A DNA stretch of 64,000 nucleotides. Source: Mobula hypostoma. Lineage: Eukaryota. Positions 26,386 through 39,500 of this stretch are shown piece after piece. The notes beneath the pieces were generated by a model that searched no databases, was not told where the DNA came from, and worked only from the letters and a program-made list of their open reading frames with translations. The stretch covers positions 21,888,001-21,952,000 of the forward strand of contig NC_086118.1 of the NCBI RefSeq assembly GCF_963921235.1, read 5' to 3'. How positions within the stretch are numbered: position 1 is the first letter of the stretch; every line of letters starts with the position of its first letter. The position numbers and the translations under genes were made by a program.

Positions 26386-27047
26386 AACAGTTCTATATAA
26401 ATATACCATGTGCTTGTTTGGTATATTCTTAGATTGAAATCATAAAAGAGATAAAATATTGAATTAAAAGCTTAAATAATTTCAATTCATTGATGATTTA
26501 TTATTCTTTGGAGCATTGTGAAGTACAAAGTATGAGTAGACTTAAATCAACTATACTTTCATCATAACATTATACAGAGCCCCATTTACCAGTAAACTAA
26601 CAGAAATCTCAATATTATTGGGGAACGCTTTTTCTCAGTAAATAACAGAATTTGAGTCAATGTGGTTTTGGAGCTGTAAACTCCACAGACTGCCTGCCCC
26701 TCCTGTACTGTTTATGGAATTGAAGGCAATGACTTCAGAGCTGCGTAATACTTTTCCATGGAAAATTGAACTTGCTGAGAGTGAATGTGTTACTAAAAGT
26801 GGGGAATTTGACTGATGAATTTACTTTTTTGACAAAGAGAGCCAACAATAGAAAGACTGTTGTGCTTTGTTCATTCATAACATGTGGACTAGATTGGCTG
26901 GTCAGTATTTCTTGCAAACTCCTCATTGCCCTGAATTTAAGTTAATTGTTAATCCATTTTGAGGGCAGTAAAGCTTTAGTTACATTGTTGTTGGTCTGGT
27001 GTCATACAGAGAATATCTGAGAAGAGACTGAAATTTTCCTTCTCCCC

Positions 27048-27242
27048 CATTACTGAAGACATGCTCTCTTCTCATTGTTACCATCAGGAAGGAGGTACAG
27101 AAGCTGGAAGGTACACACTCAGTGATTCAGGAACAATTTCTTTCATTCTGCTATCCAATTCCTAAATGGACATTAAACCCATGAGCACTAACTCACTACT
27201 TTTTTATTTTTGTTTTTGCACTATTTTTAATATAACTATTTA

Positions 27243-27277
<35 letters not shown>

Positions 27278-27389
27278 TACTGTAATTGATTTACTTTTTG
27301 TCCCCTATATTAATATGTATTGTATTGTACTGCTGCCGCGAAGTTAACAAATTTCACGACATATGCTGATGACATTAAACCTGATTCTG
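27048..27389 (+). mobile_element. Rex1/Babar 3' end fragment
   Basis: HALFSLLPSGRRYRS-coding stretch and a UTR ending aaacctgattctg; homologous to 47231-47600. Confidence 0.8.
27245..27274. repeat. (AC)15 microsatellite
   Basis: Directly visible. Confidence 0.95.
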
Positions 27390-28321
27390 TTTGTCAAGAC
27401 TAAGCTGCTTGTGTTTTCACAACAAAATGCTAAGTTCAAGGCCATCATTCCCATTAAATAGCTTCTAAATCCAGGTTTATCTTTTTTTAAATTTTAAATT
27501 CTTCACCTGCCATAGTAGGATTTGAGTTTATGCTTCCAGATTGTCATCCAAGATTCTGGATACTAGTTTCATCATTATGATGATATAATCTAAAGTGTAC
27601 CATATACTATATGAGATGTTGGATGGGATTTGAGAATTATTTTAGTTTTCCATTAAGGGTTTTGGAATTAACAAATGCGATTGCATCATTTGTAAAATTT
27701 GTTTAAAATCCAAATAGATGTTCTTGAACACTGATCAAACAAAGCTGTTTGCAACCCAAGCTCAAACTCACATGATTTGAAACAGATTGAAATTCAAGAC
27801 ATTTCTCACAAGGATATTCTCCCTTTTGACTGTACTATCTTACACATCCTCTCCAGATTCTCTTAGCTTCATTCTGATCACAAACAATTAACACAGTAGC
27901 CTTTGCACAACAAACTCAATCCAATTTTGTCTACTACTGAAACCTGCATGATTTTGTAAGTAGACATCAATGAATTGAAATCAGGGATGGGATGTGATTT
28001 GTCCTGTTGTCTTCCTCCATGCCAATATCACATTCCAGTAATAACGGTGTTAAATGTAACAACTCATAGTGAGATAGATCAGTTGGTTAAGTGACATTGC
28101 AACAACAACCTTGCACTCAACAACAGTAAAACCAAGGAACTGATTGTGGACCTCAGGAAGGGGAAGTTGGGGGAACACATACCAGTCACTGAGGAATCAG
28201 CAGTGGAAAGGATGATCACGTTCAAGTTCCTGGGTTTCAACATCGCTGAAGAATTATTCTGTGCCTAGTAAATTTATTCAATTACAAAGAAGGCACATCA
28301 GCAGCTATATTTCATTAGGAG

Positions 28322-29258
28322 ATAGTCATAGTCGTACTTTATTGATCCTGGGGGAAATTGGTTTTCGTTACAGTTGCACCATAAATAATAAATAGTAATA
28401 GAAATACTAATAGTAATATTACTATTAGTAAATAGTAAATAGTAATAGTCATAGAAATATTAAATAGTAATAGAATAGTAATAGAAAATAGTAATAAATA
28501 GTTAAATAGTATTATGTAAATTATGCCAGTAAATTATGAAATAAGTCCAGGACCAGCCTATCGGCTCAGGGTGTCTGACCCTCCAAGGGAGGAGTTGTAA
28601 ATGTGTGTTGCTTGAATTTCCAGCATCTGCAGAATTCCTGTTGTTCGTTGGTAGTTGTAAAGTTTGATGGCCACGGGCAGGAATGACTTCTTATGACGCT
28701 CTGTGCTGCATCTCGGTGGAATGAGTCTCTGGCTGAATGTACTCCTGTGGCCCACCCAGTACATTATGTAGTGGATGGGAGACATTGTCCAAGATGGCAT
28801 GCAACGTAGACAGCATCCTCTTTTCAGACACCACCGTCAGAGAGTCCAGATCCATCCCCACAACATCACTGGCCTTACGAATGAGTTTGTTGATTCTGTT
28901 GGTGTCTGCTACCCTCAGCCTGCTGCCCCAGCACACAACAGCAAACATGATAGCACTGGCCACCACAGACTCGTAGAACATCCTCAGCATCGTCCGGCAG
29001 ATGTTAAAGGACCTCAGTCTCCTCAGGAAATAGAGATGGCTCTGACCCTTCTTGTAGACAGCCTCAGTGTTCTTAGACCAGTCCAGTTTATTGTCAATTC
29101 ATATCCCCAGGTATTTGTAATCCTCCACCATGTCCACACTGACCCCCTAGATGGAAACAGGGGTCACTGGTACCTTAGCTCTCCTCAGGTCTACCACCAG
29201 CTCCTTAGTCTTTTTCACATTAAGCTGCAGATAATTCTGCTCACACCATGTGACAAAA
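28322..29258 (-). mobile_element. Rex1-like LINE of a second family, nested
   Basis: ORF 28691-28990 (MFYESVVASAIMFAVVCWG), (gactat)n tail at 28322 and an (aatagt)-rich UTR at 28385-28540. Confidence 0.85.
28602..28652 (+). mobile_element. 51-bp Penelope tail-only insertion
   Basis: First 44 bases are identical to 50662-50705; flanked by a 9-bp duplication agttgtaaa (28593-28601 and 28653-28661). Confidence 0.8.
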
Positions 29259-31459
29259 TTGAGAAGACATGGAATGAAAACACAAGAGCCTGGCATATTT
29301 CTACATATGCACTATACCATGGAGAGCATGCACCTGGTTGCATCATTTCCTGATATGGAGGGGCCATTGCACAGGATTGGAAAAAATTGTAGAGGGTTGC
29401 AAATTCAGACATCTCCATCATTGACACTAGTCTCCCCAGCATCAAGGATATCTTCAAAAAGGTGATGCGTCAAAAAGCTGGCATCTATCATTAAGGACTC
29501 CCATCACCAAGAACATGCCTTCTTCTCATTGGGGAGGAGGCACAGGAGCCTGAAGAAGCACACACAATGTTTTAGTAACATATTCTTCCCCGTACCATAA
29601 GATTTCTAAATGAACAATGAACCAACCCAATATATATAATTATTATTTTTGTGTATTGCATTGAACAGCTGCCACAGAACAACAAATTTCTCAACATATG
29701 TTAGTGATATTAAACTTGATTCTGATTGTCATTACTTCCTCAGCTAAGGTCAGAAACTTTGGTACAGTCTGGTTGTTGGATCTGTTCTCCCAAAAATAAT
29801 AACTAAATAATTAAGTAATCAAGACCCAAAATGCTAATTGTCCATTCTCTTCCAAAGACGCTGTCTGAGTTATTGAGTACTTCCAGCATCTTGTTGGTTG
29901 CTAAGGGTGTTTCCAACTCAGTCCTATGGCATAATTGAAAAGGGTGAAGCCAAGCAACAATTCAATCGTTTCATGTAACTGAGATGGATCCAATTTTTAT
30001 GTATGTTTTTCTTTGGCAGGGATATGGAAAAGAAAAAGAAACAATTACAATTCCTCCCGTCCACTAAATTCATGAAGCACAGGAACTCTTGGAAACTGAA
30101 TGCTCCCATAATGAAATTTTTCAGATGCACGTTGTATAGATGGAGGACCTCTTATCATTAAAACACTCATTTTCTGTGATACTTGTTTGATGATTCTTTA
30201 CGGATACACTCAGAACTACAGATACTTTTCTCACTCTGAAATTTGAGGTGATCTTCTGCAAGACAAAAACTGTTGTCAAAGGTGGAATAAAAGTATGATT
30301 TGTCTACATATTTCCCATTTGAAGGAAGGTTAAAATAAACTCTTCAGCTGGGACAGTATGATACACTCTGTTAATGATAATCCTGTCATGGATTTTAACA
30401 TGCTGTGTTCTCTCTCTCTCTTGTTGTTGCCTGAAATGAAAGTAGTTAATACAAACAGCACCATCACCAGAAGGTGGGAGTCTAACATTTATCTGCAAAC
30501 AAAGTAATTATTTTTCCTAGGCAGCTTCCAATTTATCGGTGCTGATAGGAAGAACTGAGGAGAGTGGAAGTTCTTTGATAAATCTGCATGGAATGCACAT
30601 TTCCCTTAAGCAATTACAGAGATAAGTTTCGTGTGTGGAATGGGTCTGTGCAGTGTTTTCTGGAGACGTTTTATTGCATGAACAATAAATGAAATAACCT
30701 CAATTCTGGGAATAAGAAAGGTAATTATAGCAAGAGAAAACAATTACTACTGATAGAACAAAATCCACTTGGGTGCTTTGATTGCAGAACTGCTCGTAAT
30801 ACATCGTGCTTCATTGTGAGGCCAAGGAGGAAAGGTTTATTGGACTTGAATTTAGGGTAGAGGTGGATAATAGTGGGAAAGAGAGAAAAACAAATCACAA
30901 AAATATGTGAAAAGATTTTATTTTAATGGTTGGGGGTCCTGGAGAAAAAAGCTGGAGGAATTGTGGTGTGGGAATGGGGAGTGTTAGAACTCAACAGGCA
31001 ACTTAACTACCCATGGCTGTAAAATGGTGGAGCTCTCTTTGAATATGACATCATCTATGCAACGTCCACCGATGGACAGAGTTGATGTGGCCACCCCATG
31101 AACAGCAGTCAGCATAACTGGAAATGAGGTAATTAGTTTTGGCTTTATTTTGCTCTGGCCCAAGAATGAAAGGACTTCTCTGTTGACCACACAGGAAGCA
31201 TCGGGCCTCATCCACTTTCTCCCTCAGTAATGATTCCCTCCAACAACGCATTCACCCTGTGACAGAGAGACGCCTTGCCCTTGCTTTCTAAATGGTGGTT
31301 TCTGACGCCCGGTTTTAACATACTGGAGCAGCAAATGCTCTGCTGGAGGAATATGGAACATAGCATCTGTGGGAGGAAAAGGAACTGTTGATGTATTGGC
31401 TTGAAACCTTGCATCTTTAACATTTTCACTTCGCTAAATGCCACACCAACAAAGCAGTC

Positions 31460-31765
31460 ATATCTCACAGCTCCAACAGCCCAGATTCAAAACTACTGCC
31501 CAGTACCCTCTGTGTGGAGTTTGCATGTTTTCCCTGTAACAATATGGGTTTCCTCCCAATTGCAAGAGATATGTTGACTGGTGCTTTAATTGGCCGATTA
31601 AATTGCCCCAAGTATTAAGATGTGTGTTAGAATTTTGAGGAAGTAGATCAGAATGTAGGAAGTATTAAAAAAAAATTACTGTGGATTTATTGTAAAAAGA
31701 TGTTAAGTGGTTAGTGCAGGCACAATGGGCCGAAGGGCCTGTTCTTTAATAAATAACTCTGTGAT
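31460..31765 (+). mobile_element. V-SINE (HE1-like) with CR1-type tail
   Basis: gtgtggagtttgcatgttttccc V-core; tail atgggccgaagggcctgtt. Confidence 0.7.
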
Positions 31766-32832
31766 TATAAGGGCTGGCAGGTCAGATTGAGCAAACCCTC
31801 CTGTTACGATTCCCTTTCTAAGGTCACCAGGTCCAACATATAGAATTTAATTTGTTCCAGTAATGTGCCTAGATGTACAATTCTCAGCTGGAGAGACCTG
31901 TTGCTGCTGCAGATTTATTATGGGTCACTAGGTGAGGAGATCAGAGCCCAAAATCTGTTCAATGCAATGGCAAAATGAACAGTCATTTGGCTGCAGCCAG
32001 TAAGGACTTTGTTCTGGAGTTTAATGCCTGGAAATTCAGTTGCTTAACCTTTAAGGCCCCCGTGTACTGCTGAACTGGTCTGATGCCTGGCTCCTCAGTA
32101 CAGAATATGTAAAGGAAATAGGATAAGGCTGGGGTGAGGCAACCATAGTGGAGAGAGATTGGGGATATGTGATGGTGTCAGGTGTGGGCACATAACTAGA
32201 CAAGTTAGAGTGAAGGCTGGCTCCAACAAGTGGTGGTGGGCTACAGGGGATGTGATTGCCAGTCATGGTGGGTCACACTGGACAGGGTATCGGTTAGGGA
32301 TTGCTGTTGAGAAGGTATGGTCATTTTGTGAGGAATGGGGTGGGACAGTGTTTGGGGGTATTAGTGTAGGGATTACGCTGGGTTACACCAGAAGGAAGAT
32401 CGTTGGACTGGGTTCTGGTTGAAGTGCGCATGCTTGGATGAAGAAGTACCTTGCTAAAATGGGGGCTGGTGCGAGAAGAAGCGGAGAAAGTTTCCCAACA
32501 GTAATCTGCTCAGAGAGGCCTCATTAATTCACCCTTAAAAAGCTCTATGAAGAACGTCTTCTGCATGAATGGCTCTCAGATGGCAGTGACCATTGAAAAT
32601 TATGGTGCTGGCTTCCAAAGAGAGCGTTTCACACCTCTGTGCATCTTGGCAAGTGTCCATACTCTTCCTGAGCGCTGGCCCTGTGCAGAGCCAAAACAAA
32701 TGTTCTGGAATTCACGATCCATGCAGTCTCAGACACTCAATTTTAAATGGGTGTTTTATTAACCCTAGAAGCAAGAATATAGAGAACACAAAAATATGGT
32801 GCGACGTTTCAAGTCTGAGAGAAGGGCTTGTT

Positions 32833-33151
32833 GGGCAGCACAGTAATGGGGTAGTTGGCACAATACTTTACCGTACTAATTCCTGCTGCTTTCTGTAAGG
32901 AGTTTGAACTTTCTCCCATGACCATGTGGGTTTCCTCCAGATGTTCTGGTTTCCTCCGACATTCCAAAGATGTAAGGGTTATGGTGGTAAGCTGTGGGCA
33001 TGCTATACTGGTACCAGAGGCATGTTATCTCCCAGCACATCCTCGGACTGCGTTGGTCTTTGATGCAAACAGCGCATTTCAATGCATGTTTCGATGTTTC
33101 AATGTGCACGTGACAAAACAAAACTAATGTTTAATCTTTAATCTTTAATCT
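32833..33151 (+). mobile_element. V-SINE with a different, Rex1-like tail
   Basis: V-core gtgggtttcctccagatgttctggtttcctcc; ends in (taatctt)n. Confidence 0.7.
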
Positions 33152-35788
33152 CTCACTGTAATTTTACTTAGCAAGCCATTTCCATTCTGTAAGAGGCAGA
33201 GTTGAGATTGAAACTGAAGCATGAGTGAGCAGAGGAGACTTCTAAGGAAGAAAAATTCTGTCAGTGCCGATTGCTCAGCTCATTCTAAATGGAAGAAAAT
33301 GTGATTAGCTATGTTAAAACGAAAAAAGGCTTCATTCTTCGGCTGAAGACCTGCATTCATCTTTCATAAATGTTTAAGTATTTATGTGTGGCAGAATTTG
33401 AGCACAGCAAATTTGAATTGAAGAGCTTATCCTGATTGTTACCAAGAGCATCAGAGACTCTGGGTATTTGCTTTAGAATAGCAGAGATAAGACTGGACTC
33501 TTCGCAAGGTCCTAGTGCTCATGTCTGATGCCACATGTAATGCTTAATCCTCTATCTGAATTCCTGTAGAGTTGAGGAAGAGTTCCCATTGAGAGGTCTG
33601 GAAGAGAGCTTGTGAAGATTTGTTGCTGGTATTCCATGTGGGCTTTCTGGATTGATGATATCAGGAAGCACGGAAAAAACAGAGACTATTTATCCAAAAA
33701 ATAGCTTCATCTTCCACGGAATCTCTCTAATGTCTCCGGAATATCACCCCATTCATTTCATGTGCCATGCGATGACCCTGCATAAATATTCCCCAGTGTT
33801 CAAATGTAATCCAACAAAGTAACTGAATGTTCATCCACACCAATGTTTCTGATGCTTATTTCTCTGCTGGAGCCCTTACAAACAATTCAACCCTCCCCAA
33901 CCCCTGGCCCCAGTGGCTGTGATGCCTTCTCCATCTAATAAAATAAAATTAATTTATGGAGAGGATATCTGTGGGCTGTAGTTCAGATCCTCTGATCAGC
34001 TTTACTCGTTTCTCAGTGCTGAACATTTGAAAAATGGTCTGATAATTTAAAAGTAGACAAAAACCAGGAGAGTGACATCTTAAGCCTTGCAGTAAATAAT
34101 AAGGTGTAGGTTCTGAGCAGATATACTTTTTCTGGATGTAATAAAATGAAACATTTGTGTTTGCTGAAAACTTTAAAATCAACGTGAGCCAGCCCAAATT
34201 ATATATTGTTTAACAATGCTTTGCTATGCAAATACTGTAATGCTTATTGAAGGGGGAATAAGAGTGCTAGGAAATTGAATATTCTTTTCATACAGTTGGA
34301 TCAGATCTGTGCACTTGAAATGGAAAACAGTCCTCCCCCGACAATTTAACCAGAAACTCGACATCGTAAGAAGCACATTTTATTACACCAGTGGGATGAC
34401 TTCACACACTCTGTATCTTTGAATTCAAAGACTGCCAAGAAACAAATTTGTATTAGTGAAAAGTCTCACACTGCTCTCTCCCACCAAGGGTGCTGGAATG
34501 CCAAAACTCAAAAGGAATTTGTGGAATCAGTTTGATCAATAAAATGGGCTCCATCTTTCCTGCAATTATTCTTTTTCAGGTTGCTGGGGTTTTATCCAGA
34601 GAAATGTATCAGGGAAACTAATAACAGTTGTATTTTCTGCATTGTCTTAGCATCTTGATTCAACTCACTTGTCTTCATGAAGATGTTAAATCATGCTTAC
34701 GGCAAGCTTCATGTAGTCAGTATTCTACAATTCCTTGCCCATTTGGCCAATTGATATAATTAAACATTGGGAGAATGTTGTTTATGGGACATATCAGGAC
34801 ACATAGCAGAGTGGGTCTATATTTTCACCAACCTGTTCAATTTCCAACAAGTTATTGTGTGTCGGCTGGGAGTATGGGGTCTTATTCATCATTCTTGTTA
34901 CTATTCCATGCTATCCCTAGCACTTTATTGCCAGCAAAATTGAAATCAATTGAGCCTTCTGAAAACAAGGGTTCAAGTTAACATTTTCCCAGAGAATGCA
35001 TACATCTGAAATGGGTCCAAGGTTGTGTCATCCGTGGGAAAGGTCACTATGACTGTTCGTGTATTTTCCATGGACAGTGTCATGAAGAGGGAATATGTAA
35101 TATTTTTCTCTGGACATGTTTACAGGTAAAATTAGAGTGCCCATTAGACATGTACGGGTATGAGTTGAATAGCAAGTTCTAGGCTGAAATTAAATTCAGT
35201 ATTTAAATTGATTAATTACTTTTACTGCCTCGTAAGACAGCAAAGACATTTATTGTATTGACATTGGATTAAGTAGTTATAGTTGATTATTTTTTTCTAG
35301 GTTCTGCAGATTGTAACCTCCCTTCCCTGTAAAGATTGGTGATAGGGTTAAGTATTAAATTAATAGATGAGCTGTCCAAACCAATGGTGAAAATGACCAA
35401 AAAGTTCATGTTAGATGGACCAGATCAGAATGCCCACAATGGAGGAATCAGTTGTATTATCCAAAATGAAAACCTTAAACTCTGTGTGGTTGCTGTCAAA
35501 TATGGCCCAAATGATACTTCTAGCCTCCATTTATTCTGTGAAATACTAAAGTGAAACTGCCTGTATTTAAAAATAGTTAATGTTGTTATTGGTAGGTCCA
35601 ATTTCTGTTTGCAGGAGACATGGAAATATTGTGCTTTTACTTTGATTTTCCTTTTGTTTTTTGAAATATTGAATAGGATTTTAAGATTCAACATCAGTCT
35701 TCTGCTTTACCCTTCCCTCTTCTAATACTTCCATCTCAAATCCAGCAGTTTTTCAGATTTGGGTTTAAGTACGCATTGGGTGAACTTC

Positions 35789-36550
35789 ATACTTTATACT
35801 TTATTGTCACCAAAGAATTGGTACTAGAACGTACAATCGTCACAGCAATATTTGATTCTGCGCTTCACACTCCCTGGATTACAAATATTAAATATTAGAG
35901 ATATTAAAAATAGTTAAAATTAGTAAATATTAAAAACTTAAATTATAAATCATAAATAGAAAGTAGAAAAATGGGAAGTAAGGTAGTGCAAAAAAACCGA
36001 GAGGCAGGTCTGGATATTTGGAGGGTACAGCCCAGATCTGGGTCAGGATCCATTCAGCAGTCTTATCACAGCTGGAAAGAAGCTGCTCCCAAATCTGGCC
36101 GTACGAGTCTTCAAGCTCCTGAACCTTCTCCTGGAGGGAAGAGGGATGAAAAGTCTGTTGGTTGGGTGGGTCGTTTCCTTGATTATCCTGGCAGCACTGC
36201 TCCGACAGCGTGCGGTGTAAGGTGAATCCACGGACGGAAGATTGGTTTGTGTGATGTGCTGCGCCGTGTTCACGATTTTCTGCAACTTCTTTCGGTTTTG
36301 GACAGGACAACTTCCATACCGGGTTGTGATGCACCCTAGAAGAATGCTTTCTACGGTGCATCTATAAAAATTAATGAGGGTTTTAGGGGACAGGCCAAAT
36401 TTCTTTAGTTTTCTCAGGAAGTAAAGGCGCTGGTGGGCCTTCTTGGCAGTGAACTCTGCTTGGGTGGACCAAGTCAGGTCACTTGTGATATTGACCCCGA
36501 GGAACTTAAAGCTTTTGACCTGTTCCACTTGCGCACCACCGATGTAAATT
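35789..36550 (-). mobile_element. Young Rex1/Babar LINE, 5'-truncated
   Basis: ORF 36043-36636: FKFLGVNITSDLTW, KKAHQRLYFLRKL, FYRCTVESIL, SFFPAVIRLLN; the first ~29 codons are flanking DNA. Confidence 0.9.
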
Positions 36551-39500
36551 ACCAGCCTCTCTGCACTTGGAAACCAAATAAAAGGGAGACAGACACAGGG
36601 TGCTGATTGCAGTTGAGAACTAATTGGATGTGACATATATACTCTGGAGAAGCAACCACATTAATCACCCTGCCTGTGCAGCCTTATCCATTTTAGGTAA
36701 GACATAAAAATGAATCTGAGGTTTTTAATACTTCCAGATTATATAGGAAGATTTCCAAATCAGGATACTTACTTATCTTTTCAGGGGATTGTGTTTTGAA
36801 AACTATACCATTAATCCTTTTGGATAGAAATAGTAAAGACATCTCTTTTCTTCTAGCACCGGAGTTTCAAGGGGCCTGTGAACCTCTGGTTGGGAATCCC
36901 TGTTCTAGCATAAAACTTTTCTGACTAGCATCAAATTAAAATGGAAACATTTTACCTTGCTTATAACCCCAATGGAATAAAACAGACAAATCTTTCAGAG
37001 TGTAGTGCAGAAGAGAAATATCATGCCTTAACCTTACTTACTAAAGTACAGGTCACCTGTTTCATATATAATATCTCCCGACCCAGAGAACTTGGAAGTC
37101 AAAGGGATAGGAGAATTCATTGCCAGAAAATAGTGCACAATATTTTCTAGGAACATAAAGGAGACTTGTAAAATAATCCAAGTATTTCATTACTTCTGTG
37201 TGAGCAAAACATTTCTTAAAAGGCCACCTTACATGAAAAAAAATAAAATCAATGGATTTTAATGTAGTCCCTGAATGGATATGTAATAATGAAGTGTGCT
37301 CTGGAGAATACTCTGTATTTTTGGAAACTTTATTCCAGAAATCAAAAGCCTGGCCAAGCCTGAGAACAGGAACTTTCAAAACATGGTATTCTCAAGTTAG
37401 AAGAGTACGCTGTCAATAGATCAATGAATATGTCTAGTGAGTATCTGCATCAGGCAGATGTATATAATTCCTGATTTAATCTTTAGTTTACAGAGCAATC
37501 AGTCCAATTGCCATTGGCTTAAATAGAAGAAATCAAGACCAAGTTCTTGATCTCTATCTTGTGAGACTTCTCTAAAGTTCAAAGGAGAATATGACCGGAC
37601 TTAATTATAAATGTACTGGGGATACTCTTTTCCTTACTTGTTCACATGGGTTATGCACATAAAGATGGCTGGAACATTTTGAGGACAATTCTCTCAAGAG
37701 CAAAGGAAAAAAAAAGCTCTTTTTAAAAACTTCTGTCAGTAGTAATGGAAATGTTTAGAATGCTGCAGAGCAAGCAGCAACAAATTTATGACAACCTTCT
37801 CATACTAATATTAAATTAATATTACTATAAAATATTTTTCAAAGTTATGAGAAATTATTTTTATACTATTATAAATATTGGTGAAGTTAGTCAAAAAGAA
37901 ATTTATGTGATGTTGTGTTTTGTATTGTTTGTTTTAAATAGCTTATTTTAATAATTAGCAGATACTGCCAAGTTCTTAAAAGCAAATCTTAAGTTCCAAG
38001 GGACATTATTCCTTCAGATCTTTATGAGTTGGTTTGAGATGCCACCTTAAACAGACTGGAGTGTATCAATTCAGACAATTTTGCGGTGTATTTATTCAAA
38101 CAAAACTTGGTAGTTTCATCCTGAAATAATTTACTATAGCAACTACTGAAACAAAGTGTTAATTTGGTTCTAACACTATCAACACAATTCTGATGGATAT
38201 TCCTCAGTGACTTCCCTTTCAGCTACTTATCTTTCAACCTTTCGTCTTTAGGCCCTTTGAGAATATTTTTGAGCCAGAATTCACTGCCAACTAGAAGCCA
38301 CCCACAGTTGCTGCTAACCAGCATGGCCACTCTCCTTTTGCTTTGATAGGACCACTAATACCACCCAGCTGGTAAGTGCCTTTCTGATCCCAGTGTCAGG
38401 GCATTGTATGAAATTGTACAGTCACATGAGGAAGCCAAGAATAGCTTTAGCAATGGCCAAGCCATCGTCTTCCATAAGCAAACCTGTCAAACTATTGTTG
38501 ATGTTTCTGAGGGTTCTTGTTTTCAAGTGCATTCAAAAACTATTGAAGATAGATGTAACAATTTGAAGACAAGTAAAATTATTAAAATGTAAAATCTACA
38601 AATAATTAATTAAACCATTGAAGTAAACTAATAAATTAAAAATGTAATTCACCTATCATGTTCCTTTGTTCCACATAATTCAACCCCTTATATGACAGAA
38701 ATGTTTCTGGTGAAGAAGTTCAGTGTGACAATTCCCCAAGTATAATTGTTGAGGAGAGGCTGTACCTATACTCGAACTTGGACCTCCAAGAGATCTTCAA
38801 CTGACAGTACTTCAATGAAATTTGGCCCACAGATTAGTGACCACCATGTCCATGTGACGCTCTTGCAGTGACAGACTTAGAACTGCTGGCATTTCTCAGT
38901 GACCTCAGACATTTGGGGTTGCCACTCTTTGTGGAGTTTTCTTTGAACAATCTCTAGCAACCAGTTCAGAAAACATATTTGTACTAACCGTGCCAATGAA
39001 GAAACTCAGAAACTCTCTTTCCTTAGCTCAAGTCCCAACCTCTTTGTTGCTTTATAATCCCCAGTGACTCTTCATTCAGAAAGTTCTATGGAGTTTATAG
39101 CAGAGGAGTGGATTGTTTAACTAGCCAAAAAGATCCATACTGATATTTGTGTGTCACACTTGCCTCCTGTAACCATACATCATCTGGCACAATTACGGAT
39201 CATGTTTGCGAGTTAATGGTTTTCTTGTGATGTGAAGACTAATAAATAGGAAATTGTGCTCAAGTACAAAAATAGAAAAGGAGCTCTTTCACAGCTACTA
39301 CTATGTTAGTGCTAGAGCTAATTAAACTCCCCTGAGGCTAGGAGATCTGATGTGCATGTCTCGGAAGTGAGAATGCCATAACGAATGTGGCACTCTGCAA
39401 TATTAATGTTGCTCAGCCTTTTTCTGACATATCAATAATAATCACACCATTGCCTTATGCGGACTACACTTAGTTTTAAGAATTGCTTTTGTTGTTAGTA

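Larger units (their letters stand above)
26875..27570 (-). mobile_element. Degraded SINE (family of 23285-23645), split by a Rex1 fragment
   Basis: Head end ctgccatagtaggatttgag near 27510; body at 26875-27045. Confidence 0.4.
28045..29727 (+). mobile_element. Rex1/Babar LINE, outer copy split by the 28322-29258 insertion
   Basis: LALN..KTKELIVD and FKFLG before 28322; sequence resumes at ttgagaagac (29259) and ends aaacttgattctgatt. Confidence 0.8.

Noticed and set aside
28385..28540. Repeat array or CRISPR-like pattern
   Set aside because: Degenerate (aatagt)n low-complexity expansion in a LINE 3' UTR, with no repeat-spacer structure
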